Shown: positions 12,762-25,554, counted from the first letter of the stretch. The stretch is 64,000 nucleotides of DNA from Squalus acanthias (GCA_030390025.1 CM059431.1:100628001-100692000), one strand, 5' to 3'. The notes: generated from the sequence alone by a model not told the origin. A program made the numbers and translations.

Positions 12762-13885
12762 TAGAATCATCGAATAGTACAGCACAGGAGGAGGCCATTC
12801 GGCCCATCGAGTCTGCGCCGGCTCTTTTGAAGAGCGATCCAGTTAGTCCCACTCCCCCGCTCTTTCCCCATAGCCCTGTAATACTCTCCGATTAGTCCCA
12901 CTCCCCCGCTCTTTCCCCATACCCCTGCAATTTTTCTTTCCCCATATCCCTGCAAATTTTTTATCCTTCAAGTATTTATCCAAGAAGGCTACTATTGAAT
13001 CTGTATCAGGCAGTACATTCCAAATCCTAACCACTCGTTGTGTAAAAATGTTTTCCTCATGTCGCCCCCTGGTTCTTTTGCCAGTCATTTTAAATCTGTG
13101 CCCTCTCGTTATCGACCCCTTCAGCCATTGGAAACAGTTTCTCATTATTTACTCTAGCTAAACCGTTAATAATTTTAAACACCTCTATCAAATCTCCTCT
13201 TAGTCTTCTCTGCTCCAAGGAAAATAATCCCAGCTTCTCGAATCTATCCACGTAACTGTAATCCCTCATCCCTGGGACCATTCTAGTAAATCTTTTTTGT
13301 ATCCTCTCCAAAGCCTTCACGTTCTTCCTAAAGTGTGGTGCCCAGAATTGGACACAATACTCCATCTGGGGCCGAACTAGGGCGTTTTCTATAGGTTTAG
13401 CATAACTTCCTGGCTTTTGTACTATTTATAAAGCCCAGGATCCCATATGCTTTATTAACTGCTTTGTTAACCTGTCCTGCCACCTTCAAAGATTTGTGCT
13501 TAAGCAGCCCCCCAGGTCTCTCTTTCTTGCACCCCCTTCAAAATTGTACCATTTAGCGTGTATTGTCTCTCCTCATTCTTCCTACCAAAATGCATCACCT
13601 CACACTTTTATGCGTTGAATTTCATCTGCCATTTGTTTGTCCACTCCACCAGCCTGTCTATGTCCTCTTGAAGTCTATCACTATCTTCCTCACTGTTTAC
13701 TACACTTTCAAGTTTCGTGTCATCTGCAAATTTTGAAATTGTGCCCTGTACCCTCCCAAGTCCAAATCATTAATGTACATCAAAAACAGCAGTGGCCCTA
13801 GTACTGAACCTTGGGGAAAGCCACTCTATACCTCCCTCCATTCCGAAAAAGAGTCATTCACCACAACTTTCTATTTTCTATCCCA
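12762..13885 (-). mobile_element. CR1 LINE 3' fragment
   Basis: ORFs 13090..13365 and 12843..13145 (EYCVQFWAPH, RRLRGDLIEVFK). Confidence 0.9.
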
Positions 13886-14104
13886 TTCTTGCTGCTTCCA
13901 TTTGAAAACATAAACAATCTGAAAATCCTATAATGTGAATTGCTGATGAGAACTTTAAAAAGGTGACAGATCTTTACTTAAGAATAACATTGAGTGTATC
14001 GTCTTTAAGGTGGTTCATGGGATCCTACTTTCAAAAACATTACTAATCAGGCGAATGATACACAACACAAGCGCATTTTAGATTTTCAAACGTAGGTTAC
14101 CTAG

Positions 14105-14562
14105 ACGCAAGGATGGTACCAGAACTATCAGGAAAGAATAACAGGCTGGGACTCCTTTCTCTAGAAAAGTGAAGGCTGAGGGGCGAACTGATAGAGGTGT
14201 TTAAGATTATGAAAGGGTTTGATAGGGTAGACGTAGAGATGACGTTTCCACTTGTGGGGGACCAAAACCAGGGGCCATAAATGTAAGACAGTCACTAATA
14301 AATCCAATAGGGGATTCAGGAGAAACTTCATTACCCAGAGAGTGGTGAGAATGTGGAACTCGCTACCACAGGGAGTGCTCGAGACGAATCGCATTGATAC
14401 ATTTAAGGGAAATCTGGATAAACACATGAGGGAGAAAGGAACAGCAGGATGTGCTGATAGAGTGAGATGAAGTAGGGTGGGAGGAGGCTCGTGTGGAGCA
14501 TAAACACCGGCACGGACCAGTTGGGCCGAATGGCCTGTTCTGTGTTGTAAATTCTATGTAAT
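14105..14562 (+). mobile_element. CR1 LINE 3' fragment
   Basis: TRGHKCK...RRNFITQRVVRMWNSLP plus 3' UTR. Confidence 0.85.
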
Positions 14563-16398
14563 AGTTTGGGATTGTATTGCTCTCGATTTAGAGCAGCATT
14601 TCCCCACTTGCTTCTACTACAGTGTGGAAGAGAGACTCAAAAAGATTTACAACTGTGTAAGTCAGTGATTGTAGTTGCTCATTTCCTTTGATGCAAGAAC
14701 CTGGTGGCAAAAGAGGAAGCTTTCAGACTAATTAAAGCTCCTCTGTTATGCATTTCAACATTGTGTTCGGATTCCTGATTATATTATTTATTTAATCAAA
14801 CAAGTAGATTCATTGTCCAGCGAAGCCCTATTTTAATCTGCAATTTTTCCAACCTCATTTCAATTTGCTTTTATCTGTACCACCAACGGCTGCCTATGCA
14901 GTTCCAGGTGCTGATTCTGTTCCATTGCAGGCACCTCATGACTACAAGTTATCAAAGGGGAAATCAGGGAGTGACAAAGGGCTGCATTTGAAGTAGTCGG
15001 ACACTGGAATGACCTCTGTTCTTTAATATCACAATGATGATCACGGCTCGCTGACGTTCTCAGGCTCCAAAGGCAGAGCCCATTAAAAAAAGGTATGAGT
15101 TTTATCATTTGTTTTTGCTATTTTCTTATACAAGAGAGTTTTTTGTCTGATTATTACGAAAATCACCAAAGAATTGGTAAACAACAACCGCCTGAAAATA
15201 AATATGGACTGACTTTTCTTTTCATTTTAAGTGGTCAATGATAAACACGATTTGGATCTTCAAATGAACAGAACAATATTCCGATATAACTTGTCGCAAA
15301 GTTCCAATAGGATTCTGAAACAATCTGCTTTTCATTTTTATAAAAAATACTTTAATTAATGTCTCAATGGAGTCCATTCAAGGTTATATATCTTCAAAAG
15401 TTAAAGCTTGAAATAACTACATAGAATTTACACCACAGAAACAGGCGATTTGGCCCAACAGGTCTATGCCGATGTTTATGCTCCACACAAAATGCATCAC
15501 CTCATACTTTTCTGCGCTAAATTTCATCTGCCATGTGTCCGCCCATTCCACCAGCCTGTCTTTGTCCTCCTTACTGTTTACTACACTTCCAAGATTCATG
15601 TCATCTGCAAATTTTGAAATTGCGCCCTGTACCCCTCCCCCTCAAAGTCCAAGTCATTAATGTACATCAAACAGAAATCTCCTCCCACCCCTCTTCATCT
15701 CACCCTATCTGCATAACCTTCTATTCCTTTCTCCCTCATGTGTTTATCCAGCTTCCCCTTAAATGTATCTATGCTGTTCGCCTCAACCACTCCCTGTGGT
15801 GGCGAGTTCAACATTCTCACCACTCTCGGGGTAAAGAACCCTTGCCTGACATAGAAACACAACTAAACTTTATCTCATTGATCACTGAATGTGAATGGTT
15901 TGCGTGTTTGGTATAATGAAATAGCTAAGAATGAAGTTGAAAAGGATCTACAGGCTTGATCTACATATCCAACCACTGTGAAAGAGCAATCAATAAGCAA
16001 ATAGGATGCCAAACTATAAAGCCAAAAGAACAGAGTACAACTAAAAGGAAGTAATGTTCAAACTGTATGGTCCTCAGCTCAGATTACACATTGTGTACTG
16101 TGTCCCGTTCAGGTTATCAACATACAAAGAGATATTCAAGTCCTGGAAGCAGTTCAAATAAAAATCATGAGGATGATCCTTAGGGGGGAATTTTTTAGGG
16201 GGTCAGCGGGTGCGTTTGGTGGCGGGTCGGGTGGATAAAACATTTTTTGACAGTGGGTAGGGAACCCGCTGCTGCCAGGCTAGTTTCCCAGATGTCGGGT
16301 CTGTCAGCGCTGAACAGACCCTACACCAAACGGCGGGGGAGGCAATTTAGGTTGTTAAGAGCTTGTTAACAGCCTGTTAAAGGGAATTTTCAGCTCAC

Positions 16399-16627
16399 TG
16401 ACGTAAGAAAACTACTAGGCACTTGGTCTAAGCGTTAAACAAAGCTTTAATCAACTGTTTTTCAACATGGAGGTCTAGTTGCGTCCTTCACTAATTCCTG
16501 TTAAAGAATGTCCTGCGCAAGCTAGGCCCATGTCCGAGTATTTATACTCATCCTGGACAGCGCCACCAGCAGGCCGCCCAGTATTATTTCATAAGTCATT
16601 TCCACATGAATGACAAGATTCATGTCA
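16399..16627 (-). mobile_element. Solo LTR (229 bp)
   Basis: TGAC...GTCA termini, 5-bp direct repeat ctcac (16394-16398 / 16628-16632), TATAAATA then ATTAAA on the minus strand. Confidence 0.75.
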
Positions 16628-16953
16628 CTCACCTTAACATTTTACGAGATTGCCCACGGGTTCCATGCTGCTCGGGGATCACGTCAGGTAAGCAGGTCAG
16701 GAGTTGTGTCACCATGAAATGATCTCTTTACTTGACAGCTGCAAATGTGCTATAAAAGCTCCTGTCTCACAGCTGTTCACTTTCCAAGCTCAGAAGCTGT
16801 TGCTTACTGCATTTGGAAGACAGACTGAGCTTTATGCAGCTTGCAAGTGTTTGGAGTCAACTCTGTATCCAGCGTCACCTCATTGGAACAACCTCTCTCA
16901 CCAGTGACAGATCGCTTCTGTCATCTCAACTTCACCTGCCATCTATTACATCA

Positions 16954-17118
16954 TGATGCGGAGATGCCGGTGTTGGACTGGGGTGGACAAAAATGAGAAG
17001 TCGCACAACACCAGGTTATAGTCCAACAGTTTTATTTACCTGAAGAAGGAGCAGCGCTCCGAAAGCTCGTAATTTTAAGTAAAACTGTTGGACTATAACC
17101 TGGTGTTGTGCGACTTCT
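16954..17118 (+). mobile_element. Penelope-derived hairpin mini-element (family B)
   Basis: 14-bp direct repeat catctattacatca (16940-16953 / 17119-17132); 41-bp perfect inverted repeat; same sequence as the terminal repeats at 29510-29605 and 54340-54470. Confidence 0.85.
17036..17072 (+). ncRNA. Minimal type I hammerhead ribozyme motif (family B)
   Basis: ttac-CTGAAGA-A-GGAGC agc GCTCC-GAAA-GC-TC-gtaa. Confidence 0.8.
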
Positions 17119-18287
17119 CATCTATTACATCAGCATCAGTGCCGTTGAAACTATCTCACCTTGGTCCTCAGAATCCCACCACGATCAGCCCCAACACCAG
17201 CAGCACCAACAACAACACCAACCTTCTCCGCAATCAACTGATGCTGCACAGGACATCAGCACCTGACCACATTGCTGCCTGGGACGCCAGGGATGGCCTC
17301 ACCATGGCCAGATTTACTTCACTTGTAGCTGTACATCCTGACTACCACATGATGCGCCAGGTTGGCACCACCCCACACCAACACCATAAAGCATCCCTAC
17401 AATGCCCAAGCCATTCCTTTCACACTCATCACCATTGCGGGGGGGTACCGTTATGTCTCACCATTCACTGCAACTCACTAAGCCTCTTCCAAAGGTGCAC
17501 ACAAATCTGTCCAAGAAAATAAAGATTTCAATGTTTGACAGCACATTAACAGAAACTTCACATAAACATTGCATAAAACACCAATGCCTACCCTTGTGTG
17601 TTGGTATGATTGGACAAGGATGAGTGTGAGGGGTGGTTAGTGAGATGGGGACGTGATAATGTAGATAGAGAGAGGGATGGGTGGCGGTGCGAGGTAAGTT
17701 GGTGTGAGTAAGGATGTGCAGGAGTAGGGTAGGGAAGGCAGAGTGATGGGGATATGATGAGTGGCACAGCAGGATGAGGTTGAGTGTGGCTTGGCAGTAA
17801 CATTTTGTGATCTACTGCGATCATTGAAAGGTTTGCGCCACTGCAGCCTGGTCCTCCTGACGACATCCCTGCTGGTGCCCTCCTGTGCAATGTGCAACCT
17901 GGCTGCGTTGGTCTCCTGGGAAGGTCTCTTCCGCCCATGGGAAGGGAAGAGATATGGAGGGAGTAATGGGAGAGCCTGGGTGCAGCGCTTTCAGTGTTTG
18001 CAGCACCTCAATGCTGTAGAACACTGACAGCACAACTGGCAAAATTAATTTGCGCATGGTCCCTTTAAGGAAACCGGCTGATGACGCATCATCGAATGAC
18101 GTCATCAGACCCGCTTCCTTCAATTGGCCGGGAAACGCGCTGGGCAGGTTTAACATGCCCAACCATCGTAAAATCATCCACAGAGCACGCTGGAGCCAGC
18201 AGTGAGGTCGGAGCCGCCACCGACCCCGGCCTCACCGAACCCGCTGAGGTAGGCGAAATCGCGGCTTTAGTGTCAGAGGAGTGTGGC

Positions 18288-18570
18288 ATCATAGAATCCT
18301 AGAATAATACAGCACACAAGGAGGCCATTCAGCCCATCGAGTCTGCACTGGCTCTTTCGAAGAGCAATCCAGTTAGTCCCACTCCCCCGCTCTTCCCCCA
18401 TATTCTTGCATTTTTTTTCCTTCAAGTATTTATTCAATTCCCTTTCAAAGTTTACTATTGAATCTGTATCCACCACACTATCAGGCAGTGCATTCCAAAT
18501 CCTAACCACTCATTGCGTGGAAAAGTTTTTCCTCATGTCGCCTCTGGTTCTTTTGTCAATCAACCTAAAT
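18288..18570 (-). mobile_element. CR1 3' end
   Basis: ORF 18273..18509 VRIWNALP plus 3' UTR. Confidence 0.8.
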
Positions 18571-19277
18571 TCTTAATTTGCTTTAAGGCAAGTTGATGTG
18601 ATACGATACTTTACAATTGCACATTTTATTGTTTCTTACAATAGTTTTGACTGAAAAAAAATGAACTGGGCATTGAAATTATTCTATCGTCAGGAAAGTT
18701 TGCTCTGGCAACAGAAAGAATGTTCATTACTCAATAGAATTTGAACTGGATGAAAAGCTGAAAAATATTACTTATGAACCTCCTACCTGATCTATACAAT
18801 GTCATGTTTATGTGTTGCATTATTCATGCTGAGCTAAATTGGACAGTAACCTGAAACTGTGCAAAGCTTATCAACAACAACATGTATTTATATCGTGCCA
18901 TTAACGTAGTATAACGTAGTCCCAAGGCACTTCACAGGAGGGTTATAAAACAAAATTGGGCTTGTCTATTTGCAACACCAAATTTCTGATTGGTCCCCTT
19001 GGAGGACAAGATACACCCAACAGTTTGTCTGGAATGTGTAATTTCATCCTGCCTGCTGGAGTAATCAAAATCTTTCCAATGTGTAATTTTATCCATTCAT
19101 TGTGACAGCCAGGCTCCAGAGCGCTCAGTGCTAACACTACCGCTTTCAGAGAACAGACAGGGCTCATTCTCCCGGTTTAGGAGCACTCACAGTGCTCACA
19201 CTGCCGAGTTCCGATGTGAGGCCATGGAGAGATTTTAACATGAGGATGAGAATTTTAGAAATCAAGGTCTTGGTGGA

Positions 19278-19425
19278 CAATGTTCCCTATACTTTTTTGT
19301 TTAACGGGCTGCGCGGTCCATTCAAAATTTCGCGCATGCGCAAAATCTCCCATTCAAGAGCCGGTAAGCGGTCTGCGTGGGACCTCCAGACGGCTGTGCA
19401 GCTGTGCAGCTTAGTGGGAACGTTG
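19278..19425. mobile_element. hAT-type MITE copy 2, inside an L2 fragment (-)
   Basis: Perfect 8-bp TSD ttggtgga (19270-19277 / 19426-19433); TIR CAATGTTCCC / GGGAACGTTG. Confidence 0.88.
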
Positions 19426-19959
19426 TTGGTGGACCAGGAGCCAATGTAGGTCAATGAGCACAGGGGTGATGGGTGAATGGGACTTGCTGCGTGTTAGGAC
19501 ACGGGTAGCAGAGCTTTGGATGAGCTCAAGTTCATTGGCAGTGGAAGATGGGTGGCTAGCCAGGAGAAGATTGGAATAGTCGGGTCGGCAAATAACACAC
19601 AAATGTAATTTTATGCACGTTGTAGGACCAAAAACAGAATATGCACTTGTTTTTAAAAATTTATTTATTTACAGCCCATCCCTACTTTCCCTTGAGAGGG
19701 TGGTAGTGAGCTGCCTTCTTGAACCACTGTAGCCTGTGTGTGTGGGGGGGGCGGGGCGGGCGGGAGAACGTGATCCAGGCCTAACAGGGGGCGGGAGAAC
19801 GTGATCCATCTTCCCATCTGGATCATGTTCTTGTTCTCATTCCCCGCCCCGCCCCTTTAGCGACTTGGATCACATTCTTCCCCCCTCCCCGCTGTTATCA
19901 CTGTGCTCCCCCCGCCAACATGTTCCTGACCTTCTCTCCCCGAGTTCCTGACCTTCTCC

Positions 19960-20845
19960 CCGCTCTCCGAGCTCCTCTCCCCCGCTCGATACCCTCACCT
20001 CTCTCTGTCCCTTTGATCCTCTCTCCTCTCTCCCTCCTTCGATCCCCTCTCCTCTTACCCCCTCAATCCCCTCTCCTCTCTCCCCTCCAATCCACTCTCC
20101 TCCCCCCTTCAATCCCTTCTCCTCTCCTCCCCCCTTCGACCCCCTCTCCTCCCCCCTTCGATCCCCTCTCCTCTCCTCCCCCCTTCGATCCCCTCTCCTC
20201 CCCCCTTCGACCCCTCTCCTCTCCTCCCTTCGATCCCTTCTCCTCTCCTCCCCCCTTCGATCCCCTCTCCTCTCCTCCCTTCGATCCCTTCTCCTCTCCT
20301 CCCCCCTTCGACCCCTCTCCTCTCCTCCCCCCTTCGATCCCCTCTCCTCTCCTCCCCCCTTCGATCCCCTCTCCTCTCTCTCCCCCCGATCCTCACTCCT
20401 CTCTCCCCCTTCGATTCCCTCTCATCTCCACCCCCCCTTCGATCTCCTCTCCTCTCCTCCCCCCGATCCCCTCCCCCCCTTCGATCCCCTCTCCCTCTCC
20501 TCCCCCCTTCGATCCCCTCTCCTCTCCCCCCTTCGATCCCCTCTCCTCTCCCCCCTTCGATCCCCTCTCCTCTCCCCCCTTCGATCCCCTCTCCTCTCCC
20601 CCCTTCGATCCCCTCTCCTCTCCCCCCTTCGATCCCCTCTCCTCTCCCCCCTTCGATCCCCACTCTTCTCCCCCCCTTCGATCCCCTCTCCTCTCCCCCC
20701 TTCGATCCCCTCTCCTCTCCCCCCTTCGATCGCCTCTCCTCTCCCCCTTCGATCCACTCTCCTCCCTCCCCCCTTCGATCTCCTCTCCGCTCCAACCCCC
20801 TCTCCTCTCCTCCCTTCCCCTCCCACCCACCCATCCGACCCCCTG
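19960..20845. repeat. Pyrimidine-rich minisatellite, unit about 21 bp (CCCCCCTTCGATCCCCTCTCCT-like)
   Basis: Direct tandem array; explains the PPFDPLSS / GGRGEGIE ORFs. Confidence 0.95.
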
Positions 20846-20999
20846 ACCTTCTCCACACGGAGCCGAGGAAAGCGTGCAGGCAGCAGCCGGCACAGTGTTT
20901 GGTACTGCGCATGCACGACCGGATTGATTGCACATGCGCAGTACTGAACGGGCACGTATACACAGAGAGAGGCAACAACGCCGTGCAAATAATCACTTC

Positions 21000-21232
21000 G
21001 AACAAAATTTGCCACCAAGCCACATAAAGAGATATCAGGGCAGATGCTTGGTCAAAGAGGTAGGTTTTAAGGAGCGTCTTATAGGAGGAAGGAGAGGTAG
21101 AGAGGCGGAGAGGTTTAGGGAGGAAATTCCAGAGCTTGGGGCCCAGGCAGCTGAAGGTAAGGCCGCCAATGGTGGAGCGATGGAAATCAGGGATGCTCAA
21201 TCGGCCAGAATTAGAGGAACGCAGAGATCAGC
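21000..21232 (-). mobile_element. L2 3' fragment
   Basis: RSTIGGLTFSCLGPKLWN...LLKTYLF. Confidence 0.8.
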
Positions 21233-21594
21233 ATTCTGTTAATATGTTAGCATAGTACACAAAGGAGTTTACATGCATTAAAATTTCGATATCAAAAACA
21301 ATAAAACATTGGATAAACCTACTAGTTTGTTTTATAGCTTTGAGTAGTAAATGGGAAGGAAAGTAGTTATAAGCTTAATTATCTCTCCTTAAATTGGTAG
21401 AAAATAACAGTCACATCTGCTGCGCTAAATGCAATGTAAACTTCAACCTCAAGTGGTGTATTTTTAATGATCCATACACAGTCTCTCTCTGGTACATCTC
21501 TCTCTCATGGCTTCAGATAATACTACTCAATTTTACAGCAACTAAGTACACAGATCCACTTCACAACTGGTGACAGAAATCAATACTGCAGGCT

Positions 21595-22140
21595 TTTGTT
21601 ACCTCTAGACTTGACTATTCCAACGCATCCCTGGCCAGCTTCCGTAAACTTGAGCTCATCCAAAACTCTGCTGCCCGTGTCCTCACTCACACCAAGTCCC
21701 ATTCACTCATCACCCCTGTGCTCGCTAACCTACATCGGCTCCCAGTTAAGCAACGTCTCGATTTTAAAATTCTCATCCTTGTTTTCAAATCCCTCCCTAT
21801 CTCTGAAACCTCCTCCAGCCCCACAACCCTCCGAGATCTCTGCGCTCCTCCAATTCTGGCCTCTTGAGCATCCCCCATTTTAATCGCTCCACCATTGGCG
21901 GCCATGCCTTCAGCTGCCTGGGCCCCAAGCTCTGGAATTCATGCCTAAACCGCTCCACCTCTCTACCTCTCTTTCCGCCTTTAAGACGCTCCTTAAAACC
22001 TACCTCTTTGACCAAGCTTTTAGTCATCTGCCTTAATACCTTATGTGGCTCGGTGTCAAATTTTACCCGATAACGCTCCTGTGAAGCGCCTTGGGACGTT
22101 TTACTATGTTAAAACGCCGCTATATAAATACAAGTTGTTA
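21595..22140 (+). mobile_element. L2 3' fragment
   Basis: SRLDYSN...gctatataaatacaagttgtt tail. Confidence 0.85.
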
Positions 22141-22840
22141 ATTTTTCATGACAAATATTAACAGCTATTTAACATCAATTGATTCAGCAAATGGGAACTG
22201 GTATAGCAGATTTTCACAGCATTGCAATTCCTTCAGGATGCAAGTAATTCTAAAATCCCAGTCCCACAATGCTAAAGATGACAAGTTACATTGATACACA
22301 TGTATAAACTTCGCAAGATACTCGCATTTACATCATGCCTGATCATGTTTCTCAAACATCTTAAGGTGAGGCACAAATTATTTAAAAATGCAAGAACTTG
22401 CAAGAGCAGCAGCTATTTTGTGCATAGCAAGATCCCACAAATGCCAATAAAACAAATGACAAGTTAATCGGTTTTTTTTTGGTGGTATTAGTTGAGGACG
22501 CAATGCTGTCCAGGACACCAGAAGAACTCCATGCTGTTCTTCGAATAATGACATGGAATCGCTAATATCCACCTCAATCACTGGAACAGGTACAAATAGC
22601 TTTGGTTAACATATCCTGAGAGATAGCAGAGTCAACACTGCAGCACTCCTTCAGTTCTGCATTGATTACGTGCCTAGCCTTGGAGCAGAGGTTGAAGTCA
22701 CAGCATTCTGGCTCATAGGAACAAGAGGAGGCCATTCAGCCCCTCGAGCAGTACCACCATTCAATTAGATCATGGCTGATCGGTTTCTCATCTCCATTTC
22801 CCCGTAGTTCCATAACCCTTAACTAACAAAAATCTATCAA

Positions 22841-23890
22841 CGAAAGCAAAATACTGCGGATGCTGGAAATCTGAAATAAAAACAGAAAATGCTGGAAATA
22901 CTCAGCAGGTCAGGCATCATCTGTAGAGAGAGAAACAGAGCGGAAGAGACTGGGCAAGGGGAGAAAAAATAGAGTCGAGATAGGAAGAGATAAGTTCCGT
23001 GGGGCAAGAACAGGCTGAAACGATGGGTCTTCCAGGGCAGTCCTGTTTGTGGATCTTGGGAAGGAGGTAGAAGCGGGCTGTGCGGGGTTGGGGAGCTATG
23101 AGGTTGGCGGCCGTGGAGGGAAGATCTCCAGAGGAGATGAGGTCAGTGACAGTGACTCCTCCCTTCCCACTGTCCAGGGCCCCAAACACTCTTTCCAGGT
23201 GAAACAGCGATTTACTTGTACTTCTTGCAATTTAATATACTGTATTCGCTGCTCACGATGCGGTCTCCTCTACACTGGGGAGACCAAATGCAGATTGGGT
23301 GACCGCTTTGCAGAACACCTCTGTTCAGTCCGTAAGGGTGACCCCGAGCTTCCGGTCACCTGTCACTTTAATTCCCCGCTCCACTCCCACGCTGACCTCT
23401 CCGTCCTCGGCCTCTTACACTGTTCCAATGAAGCTCAATGTAAGCTCGAGGAACAGCACCTCATCTTTCGATTAGGCACTTTACAGCCTTCTGGACTCAA
23501 CATCGAGTTCAACAACTTCAGATCATAACTTCTGCCCCTATCTTTTTTTTTCTCTCTCTCACATGGCTGCTGTCGATCATTCTGTCATTGCCATTTACAC
23601 TTCATCTAGAGTCATCTTTTGTTTCTTAACTTGTCCCATTACCATCTCCTTTTGCCTTGCACCATCATCCCTTTTGTCTCTTAATCTCTCCTGCCTTCCA
23701 TCCTAGCACAGACCTTCCCTTTTGTTCTTTCCCTCCCCTCCCCCCGCCCCTACACTTGCTTAAAAACCTGTTACATCTCCAACTTTTTCCAGTTCTGACG
23801 AAGGGTCATCAACCTGAAACGTTAACTGTTTCTCTCTCTACAGATGCTGCCTGACCTGCTGAGTATTTCCAGCATTTTCTGTTTTTATTT
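22841..23890 (+). mobile_element. Penelope-like element (family A): inverted terminal-repeat piece, inverted RT piece, GIY-YIG 3' part, terminal repeat
   Basis: RT motif FYLLPKIHK..PGRPIVS (-); endonuclease NLIYCIRCSRCGLLYTGET..RFAEH (+); 13-bp TSD aaaaatctatcaa (22828-22840 / 23891-23903) inside a CR1 3' end. Confidence 0.9.
23790..23828 (+). ncRNA. Minimal type I hammerhead ribozyme motif (family A)
   Basis: cagtt-CTGACGA-A-GGGT catca ACCT-GAAA-CG-TT-aactg. Confidence 0.78.
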
Positions 23891-25554
23891 AAAAATCTAT
23901 CAATTTCAGTTTTAACATTTTCAATTGACTCCCATCATCAACAGCTTTCTGCAGGAGAGAGTTCCAGATTTCCACTACCCTTTGTGTGAAGAAGTGCTTC
24001 CTGACATCACCCTTGAACAGCCTAGCTCTAATTTTAAGGTTCTGCCGCCTTTGTTCTGGACTCCCCCCACCAGAGGAAATAGTTTCTCTTTACCTACCCT
24101 ACCAACTCCTTCACTCAGAGGGGAGAGTGCGACCAAATGAGCCAAGCTGACATAAAATCACATCGAAATACGAAAGTGGGCAAAGGGCAAAAAAAAAGAA
24201 GTTCTGCGAGGGGAGGGAAGAAAGCTTCTTGGCTCATCTATTGAATGTTACGATTACCAAAATCACAGGTCAATTGCTCATAAAATGATCAGTTGCAATA
24301 TTAAGTTCGGGCTCGCTTGTAGGTAATTGAAAAGGATCAACAGTGTATTTAAAATATTGGTGATTGTACAGTCAGTAAGGCTTCAGCAGTATACCTTTTG
24401 CAGTGGGTTTTCCTAGTGTTCCCTTCTCAGAATCAAGATTTTATTAGTGTTGTGCTATTTGAAGACTACTTCACTTCCGTGGTGTACCATTCAACAACAA
24501 AAAACGGCAAGCTAGCTCAAATTACCGCAAAGTAGTAGTTTTACCAAAAACAGTTCTCCCGGCACAACCTAAAACAGAGATCTGAAGGACTTGTAAAAGA
24601 AAGACAGACTTGAATTTCTGTGGCGCCGTTCACGACCTCAGGATGTCTCAAAGCTCTTTACAGACAATGAAGTACTTTTGAAGTGTAGTCATCGTTGTAA
24701 TGTAGGAAGTCTGGTTCTAACAATGTATTGATCATTATACACCACCTATATATTTCTTTAAATAATCAGGTCAATATCATTTTGTGGTGCAACTTGCAGT
24801 TGGAAAAAAAAGTCCAAGTTGTCTACTGAAAAAACACTGCATTGGTAAAAGTTTACTCCGTTGTTTCTGTGCTAGAATATCCAAAAGCTAATATTCTACG
24901 CCAATCACATTAATGGATCAATTCGGAAAGAAACCTGCTATTGTTCCTTTCTGAAAGGAAATACCCAGTGCTCAGTCAAGAGGAGCTACTAATAAGACAG
25001 TCAATAAGATAGCATCTTTTGACACTTATCTCAAAGGGTTTTATTTTTTTTAATATTGATTTTATATTACTTTTCAATGACCGAGCTAGAAACTGTTAGC
25101 TGTTACTAACTGCAATATTGTGTGTGTTTTACAGAGGATAGGATTCAAGTTGTTTAGTGATTGAACTGAGTATTGCTTCAATAAACCCCATTGTCTCTTC
25201 ATGACTTGACTAATGGTTTTCTGAGCGATCTTATTGACACGTATGGGATTTTTTCATTTCTCACTCATTGCTCTTATAGTAATACAAATCGGACGGTAAA
25301 GTGAGCCAAGCTTCGGGAGGTTTGACTGAATATTACATAAACTTGTACAAATTGGTTCTGTTGACCCATTCAAAGTTCTTTGTGCACAGATATCCAGTCT
25401 GGACACTGAAAGGTTGCTCTAGGAAGAGGACCTGCTCTCCAAGCGCAGAGGGTTTTTGCTACTAAACATGCTTAATAGGCTACAGCCATTGGTGTCAATA
25501 TTCAAACGGGAAGGCCAAAGCTACTGGTATTTCAAGAGTCTGCATGGAAAAGAT

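Larger units (their letters stand above)
16183..18266. mobile_element. Internally deleted PIF/Harbinger element (orientation opposite to 503-3786), inserted in an old CR1
   Basis: TTA at 16180-16182 and 18267-18269; the flanks rejoin as CR1-like aggatgatcctta-gtgtcagagga; transposase C-terminus HIAAWDARDGLTMARFT (+, about 17270-17320); Myb exon HIAQEGTSRDVVRRTRLQWRKPFND (-, about 17800-17960). Confidence 0.85.

Noticed and set aside
19870..21200. Pro-rich and Gly/Arg/Glu-rich ORFs resembling extensin
   Set aside because: Low-complexity minisatellite translation.
25095..25140. Minus-strand THNIA resembling the start of the next PCCA exon
   Set aside because: No acceptor AG at the expected position and no similarity after five residues.
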